Shown here: one piece after another, positions 49,860-58,462 of the stretch | How positions within the stretch are numbered: the first letter of the stretch is position 1 | Layout of the letters: every line of letters starts with the position of its first letter | DNA from: Anaerolineae bacterium | GTDB taxonomy: Bacteria; Chloroflexota; Anaerolineae; DTPP01 | Length of the DNA: 64,000 nt | NCBI GenBank assembly: GCA_049969295.1 | Contig: JBMFPD010000001.1 | Span: forward strand, 332-64,331 | Direction of reading: 5' to 3' | The notes under the pieces: model-generated | The model's input: only the letters and a program-made list of their open reading frames with translations | Databases searched by the model: none | Told to the model about the DNA's origin: nothing | Position numbers and translations under genes: made by a program

Positions 49860-52697
49860 TCACCTTTCACGCACTTCCACTGGCCCCAGAAGGGCACGGT
49901 CGCCCAGGGTCTGGCCGTCCTCGTCCACGGCGGGCAGCCGGGGCATCCCCGGGCGCTCGGCATCGTACCACCCCATTTCCAGGGAATAGACCCCGGCCTC
50001 GTCCGGGATCTGCAGGGCGTACTCCTCCGCCACCACCTCTGGCGGAAACCAGGTGTTGGTGGGCCTTGCTCCGCCCCCGGGGACGCGGTCCACACCCGCC
50101 CGGACCCGTCCGTCGGGGCCCAGGAGGTGCACGAAGGCGGTGTAGGAGCGGTCCATCTCCCCCACCGCCTGCCAGTAGAGGGTGACCGTCAGCACCCCGC
50201 CCGGCCGGGCCGGCCCCTGGTGCAAGTCCGCCCCCAGGAGGAGGATGCCCTCCCCGAACCGCACGCGCAGGGGCACCTGGGGCGAGGGGGGCGCGAACAC
50301 GCGCGCCGTGGGCAGGACCCGCACCGCGCCCAGGTCCAGAGGGGCAGGGGTGAGGGGCTGGCCCCCTTGTTCCACCCAAGCCTGCAGCCGGACCTCCCCT
50401 TCCTGGGCCTGCAGGGGGACCCGCACCCGGTGCCGCGTGCGGAAGGCGTGCCCCGGAGGCCAATCTCCAACCTCCCGGCCCGGGCCGGCCAGGGGCCGCG
50501 TCTCCTCAGCCAGCACCCTGCCTCCCTGCTCCCAGGCCAGGCGCAGGGCAAGGCCGGGCTCTGGCCGCCCCTGCACCTGCCAGAAGAGGGACGCCTCCAC
50601 GAAGGCCCCACCTTGTGCGGACGCGGGCTCCAGCCCTGCCCCCAGGAAGCGCAGGCCCCCCACGTCCGCCCGTGCGGGTGTGGGGATGGGGAGGCGTTCG
50701 GGCGCGAGGGCCCCCGCTTCTGGCCCTACCTCCATCGGGCCCACGCAGGCCTCCTTCCCCGCGGGCGCGCCGGCTGCATCCAGGACGTCCAGGCCGTCGG
50801 GGGCCTCGTCTGCGTAGACCTTGAGGCAGAGGGAGTAGGGGCCCGGTGGCGTGCCGGGCTCCGCCGGGAGCGCGTACTGGGCCAGGACCACCCTCCCCAC
50901 CTCCCAGCGGAAAGCGGGGTAGGTGAAGGCTGTGGGCCGGCGGTCCTCCCGCCCCCAGGCGAGGCCCTCCGCGTCCCGCAGCGTGAGCGCGACCGTCCAA
51001 TCGGCGGAGAGGGCTTCCTTCGCCCGCCAGTAGGCTGCCACGTGGCCTGGCCTCTCCTGGTCCCACCCCAGGAACTCCAGCCGCCCGCCGAAGTCCACCG
51101 CCACGGGGTGCTGGATGGCCGGCTCCAGGGGCACGGCGAACCCCTCTGGCAGGGCGTAGTGCCGCAGTCCTACGTGCCAGAAAGTCCGCCCCACAGGGAG
51201 GGGCTCGCCCCACCGCTCCAGCATGTAGGCCACCACGCCCGTGGGGTCCACCACCTCATCCTGCCAGAGGACCAGCCACGCACCCCGCTTGCCCGCGGTG
51301 GCCCGGTTCACGCTCTCCGCGGCCTCCCACCCCAGGGGGTGCCGGGCGTCCAAGATGCGCAGGGGTGGGATCGGCACGCGCCTGGAGCCCGGCCAGTAGA
51401 CATCCCACACGGGGGCCATGTGGCCCGACACGAGGAGGATGGCTTCGTCGGGGGCGGCGTGCTCCCGCACGAACTGAGCCACGCCCCGGAAGTCCGGCTT
51501 GGTGAAGGCCGGGTCGGCGTAGAGGTTCCGGTCGGCGTAGCCCGCAACCCCCAGGACGAAGGCCAGGCCGGCGGCGGCGACGGCCCTCGCCCAACCTTCT
51601 CCCGGCGCCCGCCCCTTCCCAGCGGCGGCTCCAGCGAGGAGGAGCAGCGCGCCCGGCGAGGCGACCATGGCGTAGCGGGGGTTGAACTTGGGCACACGGT
51701 AGGCCAGACCCAGGAGGAGGGCGACCGGCACGGCCCCGTAGAGGAGGGAGAACCCAAGGCCCCAGGCGTCTCCACGCCCCCTGGCGGCGCGCCAGGCCCA
51801 GATTCCCGCCGCCAGGGCCAGGACAGCCAGGTACGGGGTCAGGAGGCGCATCCCCTCCGCCTCCAGGATGGACTCGCCTCCCAGGAAGGCCAGGGCCACC
51901 TTGCGGGCCGCCTCGTCCAGTTTGAGGGTGCCGGGCCAGTAACTCGTATCCTCATGCCAGCGCTGCACCAGGAAGGGCAGCCAGGGGAGGTAGATCGCGA
52001 CCACCGCGGCCACCGCGCCCAGCGCCTGCCAGAGTTGCCCCGCGCGGGCAAACGTCGCAGGGACGACGCGTGCGTCGCCCCTCCTGCCCGCCAGGCCCCA
52101 GGCCAGGGCGAAGCAGGCGTGGAAGGCCAGGACGAAGAAGGCGAAGTAGTGGGTGTAGACGGCCGCCCCCATCAGGGCCACATAGGGGAGCCAGGCGCGC
52201 CAGGCCCTGGCCCTGCCTTCCCGAAGGCAGGCCCAGAAGAGGCCGCTTGCCGCCAGGCAGAGGAGGGTGACCCAGGTGTAGTTGCGCGCCTCCTGCGCGT
52301 ACCACAAGTGCAGGGGGGAGACCGCCCCCAGGAGGGCCGCCAGGAGGCCCGCCCCGCGGGAGCCAGCCACGCGCCGGCCGACCCAGGCCAGGCAGGGCAC
52401 GAGGAGCACCCCGGCGAAGGCCGAGGGGAAACGCAGCGCGAACTCCCCCGCGCCGGCCAGGCGGACCCAGCCCCACACGGCGTAGTAGTAGAGGGGCGGC
52501 TGGATGTCGTCGGCGGTCCAGGCGGTGAGGTCTGGCAGGGAAAGAGTGGCGAGGTAGGCGGTCACGCCCTCGTCGTACCAGAGGCTCTGCGCCTCCAGGC
52601 GGTACATACGCAGGGCGAAGGCCAGAAGGCACAGGGCCAGGAGGGCCGCCGTCCAGAACCGGCCGTGCGCCCGCGAGGCCCCATCTTGCCGGGTCAT
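49860..52697 (-). CDS. GT-C fold glycosyltransferase (GT39/GT83 PMT/ArnT-like) with a large C-terminal tandem-repeat domain
   Basis: Multi-pass N-terminus with the DE motif (LWYDEGV). 945 aa from MTRQDGASRAHGRFW.... The start overlaps the upstream stop in ATGA. Confidence 0.75.
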   Translation of the reverse strand: MTRQDGASRAHGRFWTAALLALCLLAFALRMYRLEAQSLWYDEGVTAYLATLSLPDLTAWTADDIQPPLYYYAVWGWVRLAGAGEFALRFPSAFAGVLLVPCLAWVGRRVAGSRGAGLLAALLGAVSPLHLWYAQEARNYTWVTLLCLAASGLFWACLREGRARAWRAWLPYVALMGAAVYTHYFAFFVLAFHACFALAWGLAGRRGDARVVPATFARAGQLWQALGAVAAVVAIYLPWLPFLVQRWHEDTSYWPGTLKLDEAARKVALAFLGGESILEAEGMRLLTPYLAVLALAAGIWAWRAARGRGDAWGLGFSLLYGAVPVALLLGLAYRVPKFNPRYAMVASPGALLLLAGAAAGKGRAPGEGWARAVAAAGLAFVLGVAGYADRNLYADPAFTKPDFRGVAQFVREHAAPDEAILLVSGHMAPVWDVYWPGSRRVPIPPLRILDARHPLGWEAAESVNRATAGKRGAWLVLWQDEVVDPTGVVAYMLERWGEPLPVGRTFWHVGLRHYALPEGFAVPLEPAIQHPVAVDFGGRLEFLGWDQERPGHVAAYWRAKEALSADWTVALTLRDAEGLAWGREDRRPTAFTYPAFRWEVGRVVLAQYALPAEPGTPPGPYSLCLKVYADEAPDGLDVLDAAGAPAGKEACVGPMEVGPEAGALAPERLPIPTPARADVGGLRFLGAGLEPASAQGGAFVEASLFWQVQGRPEPGLALRLAWEQGGRVLAEETRPLAGPGREVGDWPPGHAFRTRHRVRVPLQAQEGEVRLQAWVEQGGQPLTPAPLDLGAVRVLPTARVFAPPSPQVPLRVRFGEGILLLGADLHQGPARPGGVLTVTLYWQAVGEMDRSYTAFVHLLGPDGRVRAGVDRVPGGGARPTNTWFPPEVVAEEYALQIPDEAGVYSLEMGWYDAERPGMPRLPAVDEDGQTLGDRALLGPVEVRER

Positions 52698-55141
52698 CGT
52701 CCGCCCCCTCCAGGGGATGCAAGGTCCAGTTCCCACTCCAGGTGGTCCGAGGGCCCCTCCTGCCCCGGCTCCTGGGCCGGGAGCCGCTCGCCCGTCTCCC
52801 ACCAGTACCAGCCGACCCACACCCGGTAGGGTGGCCGGTCCAGGGCATCCGGCAGAGGCAGCCGGCGCACGTCCTTGACCACCTCGCCTGGCCGCCAGGT
52901 GCTGGTGGGCACCGGTCCATCCCAGTTCGGCTGGGCATCGCTCTGAGAGACCCGCTCGCCCTCCCCGTCCAGGAGGTGGACGAAGGCCGTGTAGTCCCGG
53001 TCCGGCGCCGCCAGGGCCTGCCAGTAGAGGGTGAGGAGGAGCGTCCGGCCCTTGCCCTCCCGGACCACCCCAAGGTCGTACCCCAGAAGCCGGACCAGCC
53101 CCCCGAACTCCCCCCGCAGGGGGTGGTCCGGTGTCAACTTCGTGTCGGGCGGCACCAGGTGCAGGCGTCCCCCCGTCCGTGCAAACCGATGCAGGCGTAT
53201 CCAGGTGCCGCCGTCATAAAGACGCCAGGGGTAGTCCGCCTGTTCCACTTCCACAGGCAGGCGGCGCCATCCCGCAGCCCAATCTCCCTCCTCCACGACA
53301 CCCACCGCCACCGTGAACCAGTCCCCCAGGTCCCAGGGGACCGTGTCCACCATGACCACTTCGCCGAGCCGCCAGCGGCTGGTAGGGTACCAGAGGAGGG
53401 CCGCCAGGGGACGCTGGGTGGTATCCTCCACCACATCCCCCTCCCGGTTGAGGAAGAAGGGATAGAGGCGCAGGTCCTCCTCCAGGGGTTCCAGGGCCTG
53501 CCAGTACATGCGCAAGGACGTGAGGCGCCACCTGGGCTGGTCCACCAGGTCGAACCCCAGGAGGCGCAGGCGGCCGCCGAAGGTGATGGAAAGGGGGTAC
53601 TGGGGCGCGGGGTTGGGCGCTCGCAGGAAGTCGTAGAAGGCGTCCGGGAGGGTGTGGCGGCAGTCGGCCTGGCCCGCAGCCCGGGCAAGCAGAAGGTACC
53701 CGTCCGCGGCGTCCTGCACGCAGAAATCCTTCCTCAGAAGGCCCATCACGGCCTGGTGGAAGTCGTTGGGGTGCATGTCGGTGGTGGAGGCCGCATCCAC
53801 CAGGACGTAGTCGGCGTCCAGGACCACCGGGAAGTCGTAGATAACCTCCCGGTGGCTCAGGTGCGGGTTGAGGGGCGGCGTGGTGGAAAGGCGTGCCTCC
53901 GGGGGGATCTGCGCCGCGAAGCGGGCGAGGAGGCGGTGGTGCGGCGTCACCTCCGGCCAGGCCACCTCAGGGTTCAGGGGGGTGAAGCCCCACATCCGCT
54001 GCGCCAGGAGGCACCAAGCCAGGAGCCACGCGCACACACCCCCGAGGACCCGGGAGCGCGGCCAAGAGGTCCAGGCTGCCACCCTCCGCACGCACCAGGC
54101 CGCGCCGGTGATGGCCCCGGCCACGGCGAAGGGGACGACGAGGGCCGAGTAGTGGTACTCGCCGGAGTACATGGCCGGGTAGTCGGCCAGGAGGTTGGCC
54201 GCCAGGATCGGTGCGGCCAGGGCCAGTTCCAGAGGGCCGAGGACCGGGAAGAAGCCCACCGGGGCCAGGATGCGCGCCCAGTAGGCCAGCCGGTCTTCTG
54301 TGACGAGGAGCGCGAGCACCTCCCCTGGCTTCGTCGCCAGGGCCTGGAGGATGCCCCCGAGCCCGCCGCCCAGGTGCGCGTAGCGCTTGAAGTAAATGGA
54401 CCCTTCCGCCGCCACAGGGCCGTAGAACTGGCGACTGGAGTGGGCGATGATGCCGAAGGTGGCCACGGCAAACCAGGCAAGGCCGGCCGCGGCCACCGCG
54501 GCCCCGGCCTTCCGGTCCCGCACGACGAAGAAGAGGTACAGCCCCAGCATGAAGACCACCAGGGCCACCTCTTCCTTGACCGTGAGGCTCAGGAAGGTGA
54601 AGAGGGCGAGCCACCCGTGCCGCCGCCCCTCGCCGAAGTATAGGGCCGCGAGGAGCAGGGGCACCGCCAGGGGGCTGGCGTGGAACTCCGTCAGGTTGGC
54701 AGCCTGGAGCGCGGGGAAAAGCAGGTACGATACGGCGAAGGCGAGCCCCGCCCTCCGGCTCCCGAGGCGCTTCCGGGCCCAGGCGTAGACCGGCACCGCC
54801 CCCAGCGCCAGGACGACCGTCTGCAGCCAGAGGAGGCTCGTCACGTCGTCGTGGAGGAGGAAGACCAGGGATATCAGGAGGAAGATGGGCTCAAAGTGGT
54901 CCGTGAGGCGGGAACTCTGGCGGCCGTCGTGGCGCGTCTCCTGGACGAACCGTCCGTGCAGCGTGTTCCAGATGGGCTGGTCCATGTTGCCCAGGTCCGA
55001 GGTGTGGGTCTGGAAGGCCTCGTGCTTGCGCACCGAGAAGGCCCCGAAGTAACCCACGTACAGGGCCATGCACAGGAGGAGGACCAGGGAGGCCCAGAGG
55101 TCCCGGGAGGGCCTCCAGGCTGACTGGGGACGGGGGGTCAT
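52694..55141 (-). CDS. DUF2079-like polytopic membrane protein with a C-terminal repeat domain homologous to that of the adjacent GT-C protein
   Basis: 815 aa from MTPRPQSAWRPSRDLWASLVLLL...; the C-terminal repeats read ..FGGxLRLLGxDL..LYWQAL..DYTAFVHLL... Overlaps both neighbours in ATGA. Confidence 0.65.
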   Translation of the reverse strand: MTPRPQSAWRPSRDLWASLVLLLCMALYVGYFGAFSVRKHEAFQTHTSDLGNMDQPIWNTLHGRFVQETRHDGRQSSRLTDHFEPIFLLISLVFLLHDDVTSLLWLQTVVLALGAVPVYAWARKRLGSRRAGLAFAVSYLLFPALQAANLTEFHASPLAVPLLLAALYFGEGRRHGWLALFTFLSLTVKEEVALVVFMLGLYLFFVVRDRKAGAAVAAAGLAWFAVATFGIIAHSSRQFYGPVAAEGSIYFKRYAHLGGGLGGILQALATKPGEVLALLVTEDRLAYWARILAPVGFFPVLGPLELALAAPILAANLLADYPAMYSGEYHYSALVVPFAVAGAITGAAWCVRRVAAWTSWPRSRVLGGVCAWLLAWCLLAQRMWGFTPLNPEVAWPEVTPHHRLLARFAAQIPPEARLSTTPPLNPHLSHREVIYDFPVVLDADYVLVDAASTTDMHPNDFHQAVMGLLRKDFCVQDAADGYLLLARAAGQADCRHTLPDAFYDFLRAPNPAPQYPLSITFGGRLRLLGFDLVDQPRWRLTSLRMYWQALEPLEEDLRLYPFFLNREGDVVEDTTQRPLAALLWYPTSRWRLGEVVMVDTVPWDLGDWFTVAVGVVEEGDWAAGWRRLPVEVEQADYPWRLYDGGTWIRLHRFARTGGRLHLVPPDTKLTPDHPLRGEFGGLVRLLGYDLGVVREGKGRTLLLTLYWQALAAPDRDYTAFVHLLDGEGERVSQSDAQPNWDGPVPTSTWRPGEVVKDVRRLPLPDALDRPPYRVWVGWYWWETGERLPAQEPGQEGPSDHLEWELDLASPGGGGR

Positions 55142-56106
55142 TCGTCCGACCGCCTCTTGGCCAGGTCCCGCACAGCGCGCTCCAGTTCCTCCAGGCGGTC
55201 CTGCTGGCTCACCACCAGTTCCGCCAGGAACCCGATGAGGAAGAGGAGGAGCCCGGCCAGGACCAGGACGCCAGCGAAGATGAAGATGGGCCTCTGCTGC
55301 TTGCCCAGGGAGAGCCACAGCCCCAGCAGGTACAGGTACAGCGCGCCCCCTACCAGGAAGCACAGGAGCCCCAGGGAGCCGAAGAAGAGCATCGGTTTGC
55401 GGCTGAAGGTCAGCAAAAACTTCACGACCAGCACGTCCAGGAAGGAGACAGGGATGCGCAGGACCCCGAACTTGGACTTCCCCCGGCGGCGCGGGTAGTA
55501 GTTGACCTGCACCTCGCCCACCCGGTACCCTTTGGAAGCGGCGATCATCAGGACGAAGCGGTGCCAGTCGGAGCGCAGGGGAAGGAGGTCCTCCACCACC
55601 TCGCGGCGGAAGGCCTTGATCCAGTTCATGTCGTGGGCCTGCACCTGGAAGAGCCAGCGGGAGACGGCGTTGTAGATGCGGGAGGCGAGGACCTTGCCGT
55701 CCCGACGGCCCTGCCGCCAGCCAGCCACCACGTCGTACCCTTCCTCCAACTTGGCCAGGAGTTTGGGGATGTCCTCGCGGGGGTCCGACTCCATGTCCGC
55801 CGGGAGGAGCATCACCACCTCGCCCCGGGCCGCCCGGAAGCCGGTCTCCAGCGCCTCCGTCAGGCCCAGGTTGCGCCGGTGGGTCAGGACCCGTACGAAG
55901 GGATGGCGCTGGGCGGCAGCCGCGGCTTCCTCAGCCGTGCCGTCGGTGGAGCCGTCGTCCACCAGGACCAGTTCCCCTTCCACCCCCAGGGCGGCGAAGG
56001 CCTGGGCCACGGCCTCCACCACCTCTCCCACGTTCCCGGCCTCGTTGTAGGCTGGGACCACCACGCTCACCCGCGGCCGCTCCTTCAGCGAAGGCTTCCC
56101 GTCCAT
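55138..56106 (-). CDS. GT2 polyprenyl-phosphate glycosyltransferase (ArnC/DPM1-like) with a C-terminal membrane anchor
   Basis: ..VSVVVPAYNEAGN..VLVDDGSTDGT.. with two C-terminal TM helices. Confidence 0.8.
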   Translation of the reverse strand: MDGKPSLKERPRVSVVVPAYNEAGNVGEVVEAVAQAFAALGVEGELVLVDDGSTDGTAEEAAAAAQRHPFVRVLTHRRNLGLTEALETGFRAARGEVVMLLPADMESDPREDIPKLLAKLEEGYDVVAGWRQGRRDGKVLASRIYNAVSRWLFQVQAHDMNWIKAFRREVVEDLLPLRSDWHRFVLMIAASKGYRVGEVQVNYYPRRRGKSKFGVLRIPVSFLDVLVVKFLLTFSRKPMLFFGSLGLLCFLVGGALYLYLLGLWLSLGKQQRPIFIFAGVLVLAGLLLFLIGFLAELVVSQQDRLEELERAVRDLAKRRSDE

Positions 56107-56110
56107 CTCC

Positions 56111-57238
56111 CTACCGACCTCCTCCCCCGACCGCCTCCAGCGCCTCGGCCAGGACCGCGACCACCCGCTCCATCTGAGCCTGCGTCAGTTCCGGGTACAT
56201 GGGCAGGGAGAGGACCTCCCGCGCCGCTCGCTCCGCCTCGGGGAAGTCCCCTTCCCGGTAGCCCAGGTCCCTGTAGACTGGCTGCAGGTGCAGGGGGATG
56301 GGGTAGTGGATGCCCACGCCGATGCCCCGCTCCCGCATGTAAGCGAAGACCCGGTCCCGCGCTGGCACCCGCACCATGTAGAGGTGGTAGACAGAACGCG
56401 CGCCCGGCAACTCCTGGGGCAGGCCCACGCCCAGGGGCCGCAGGAGCCGGGCGTAGTCCGCCGCGTGGGCCCGCCGCTCCTCGTTCCAGGCGTGCAGGTG
56501 GGGGAGTTTCGCCCGCAGGATCGCCGCCTGGAGCGCATCCAGGCGGTAGCCGTAGCCAATGACGAGGTGCTCGTACTTGCTGCGGCGGCCGTGGTCCCGC
56601 AGGAGGCGCGCCTGGTCGGCGTAGTCGTCCCGGTCCGTGGCCAGCGCGCCCCCGTCCCCGTAGCAGCCCAGGTTCTTGCCAGGGTAGAAACTGAAGCAGG
56701 CCAGGTCGCCGAAGGTTCCCACCGGCCGCCCTTTGTACGCGGCACCGTGGGCCTGGGCGGCGTCCTCAATGACCGGGAGGCCGTGCCGCCGCGCGATCTC
56801 CAGGATGGGGTCCATGTCGGCGGGCTGGCCTGCCAGGTGCACGGCGATGACCGCCCGGGTGCGGGGGGTAATGGCCGCTTCCAGTTTCGCCGGGTCCATG
56901 TTGTAGGTGCGGGGGTCCACGTCCACGAAGACCGGTCTTGCCCCCACCAGGGAGACGGCCTCCGCCGTGGCGATAAAGGTGTAGGTGGTGGTGACCACTT
57001 CATCGCCCGGGCCCACGCCGAGGATGCGCAGGGCCAGGTGCAACGCCGCCGTCCCCGAATCCACGCCGACGACGTGCCGCACGCCGCAGAAGGCAGCGAA
57101 CTCCTCCTCAAAGGCCGCCACCTCCGGCCCCAGGATGAAGTTCGCCCCATCAATGCACCGCTGGATGGCGGCGTCAATTTCGTCTTTGATGCGCAGATAC
57201 TGCGCCTTCAGGTCTACCAGAGGGATGGAATCTGCCAT
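56111..57238 (-). CDS. DegT/DnrJ/EryC1/ArnB-family PLP-dependent sugar aminotransferase
   Basis: 375 aa of the DegT family (..ILGPEVAAFEEEFAAF..; PLP-lysine region ..FSFYPGKNLG..). Confidence 0.85.
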   Translation of the reverse strand: MADSIPLVDLKAQYLRIKDEIDAAIQRCIDGANFILGPEVAAFEEEFAAFCGVRHVVGVDSGTAALHLALRILGVGPGDEVVTTTYTFIATAEAVSLVGARPVFVDVDPRTYNMDPAKLEAAITPRTRAVIAVHLAGQPADMDPILEIARRHGLPVIEDAAQAHGAAYKGRPVGTFGDLACFSFYPGKNLGCYGDGGALATDRDDYADQARLLRDHGRRSKYEHLVIGYGYRLDALQAAILRAKLPHLHAWNEERRAHAADYARLLRPLGVGLPQELPGARSVYHLYMVRVPARDRVFAYMRERGIGVGIHYPIPLHLQPVYRDLGYREGDFPEAERAAREVLSLPMYPELTQAQMERVVAVLAEALEAVGGGGR

Positions 57239-57254
57239 GTCGTGCTCCTTGACA

Positions 57255-57336
57255 GACCTCCCCCCTACCCCCTATGGGGGATGGGGAGAGGTCATGCTCC
57301 AACCTCACCCCTACCCCCGTGGGGGATAGGGTGAGG
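57255..57336. repeat. Two tandem near-perfect GC hairpins (GACCTCCCCCCTACCCCC...GGGGGATGGGGAGAGGTC and ACCTCACCCCTACCCCC...GGGGATAGGGTGAGGT) between the CinA-like ORF and the DegT gene
   Basis: Read directly from the sequence. Likely a terminator or processing structure on the minus-strand transcript. Confidence 0.6.
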
Positions 57337-57744
57337 TCACTTCTCCACAACCGACTGGTACAGGGATGCCATCTCGTCGGCGATGCGCTCCCAGGCGAAC
57401 TTCTGAGCCACGTGCTGGAACCCATCCTCGCCCAACCGCCGGGCCAGGGCTGGGTCGTCCAGCACCCGCTCCAGGGCCTGGGCCAGGGCCTGGAGGGTCA
57501 TATCGTCTGCCGTGGGCCCCAGGCCCCCCGTGGTGAAGACCACCCGCGCCTTGCGCTGGATGGCCCCCAAGACCTCCCGGCCGATGGCCTCTATGTCATC
57601 GCGGACCATCACCGCCCGCTGCACCACGCCCCCCAGCCCCGTCACCCGGCGGCAGAGCCAGTGGGTGTTGGTGTCCAGGACGTCGCCGATCAAGAGTTCG
57701 TTGCCGATGGCTACGATCTCCACTGGGGTCCCCTGCGGGTCCAC
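57337..57744 (-). CDS. Chimeric 135-aa ORF: CinA-like molybdopterin-binding N-terminal domain (truncated, ~93 aa) fused in frame to a GT4-glycosyltransferase C-terminal tail
   Basis: N-terminal ..EIVAIGNELLIGDVLDTNTHWL..FTTGGLGPTADDMT..; C-terminal ..LDDPALARRLGEDGFQHVAQKFAWERIADEMASLYQ.. GTG start with the RBS GGAAGGAGG. Confidence 0.5.
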   Translation of the reverse strand: MDPQGTPVEIVAIGNELLIGDVLDTNTHWLCRRVTGLGGVVQRAVMVRDDIEAIGREVLGAIQRKARVVFTTGGLGPTADDMTLQALAQALERVLDDPALARRLGEDGFQHVAQKFAWERIADEMASLYQSVVEK

Positions 57745-57837
57745 CGTGCACCTCCTTCCCTCCGGTCCTGGGCGCGCTTCCTGCCAAAGAAACAGCCCTG
57801 CCAGGGGCAGGGCTGCCGGAAGGCGCGCAGGATGTCC

Positions 57838-58260
57838 TCACGAGTCCACGGGCCGCACGCCGTGGTAGACGCGAGGCCCGCCGATGGTCTGCAGGATGAG
57901 TTCAGGCGTCCGCCGTCCCAGGATCTGGTGGAGTTCCCGTGGCGAAAGAGGTGTGTTGCCGTTGGCCAGGAAGATGCGGAAGACCGCCGTGGCCAGAGGG
58001 GTGTGCTCGGTGATGTAGTCGGGCTTCCCGCGGCAGCAGGTCATCAGGGACTGCCACAGGGCATCCACCTGCCGTACCTCCGCCGTCTCCGGGTCCACCC
58101 AGTCTACCAACTGGGCCTCTCTGTGGTCGGGGTACTTCGCCCGGCACTCCTCGCACAACTGGCCGTGCAGTTCCAGGCGGAAGTCCCGCTTCTGCTTCTC
58201 CCACCAGCCAAAGTCAATATGGAACTTGGTATCCAGAGTGGGCTTGATCCACTTTGCCAT
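57838..58260 (-). CDS. Hypothetical protein (140 aa)
   Basis: MAKWIKPTLDTKFHIDFGWWEK... The 62 N-terminal codons of track ORF 57838..58446 are a translation of repeat C and were removed. Confidence 0.5.
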   Translation of the reverse strand: MAKWIKPTLDTKFHIDFGWWEKQKRDFRLELHGQLCEECRAKYPDHREAQLVDWVDPETAEVRQVDALWQSLMTCCRGKPDYITEHTPLATAVFRIFLANGNTPLSPRELHQILGRRTPELILQTIGGPRVYHGVRPVDS

Positions 58261-58295
58261 CAATCTTCGCCTCGCTCGGACTATTGCTCGACCAC

Positions 58296-58405
58296 GGAGG
58301 ATTCTGACAATACGCTCTTCTGAGCACCCCTCCCCCAGCCCCCTCCCCGCACGCGGGGAGGGGGCCCAGGGGGTGGGGTTGGAAGGCGCACGGCCGTGCG
58401 CCCCT
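58296..58405. repeat. GC-rich hairpin repeat, family copy C
   Basis: GAGGATTCTGACAATA...CTGAGCACCCCTCCCCCAGCCCCCTCCCCGCACGCGGGGAGGGGGCCCAGGGGGTGGGGTTGGAAGGCGCACGGCCGTGCGCC; closely matches copy A. Confidence 0.7.
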
Positions 58406-58462
58406 ACCTCTCCGTCGCCTTGGCCAGAACGACGTATCGTCAACAACCAGTGTGGCGTAGTA

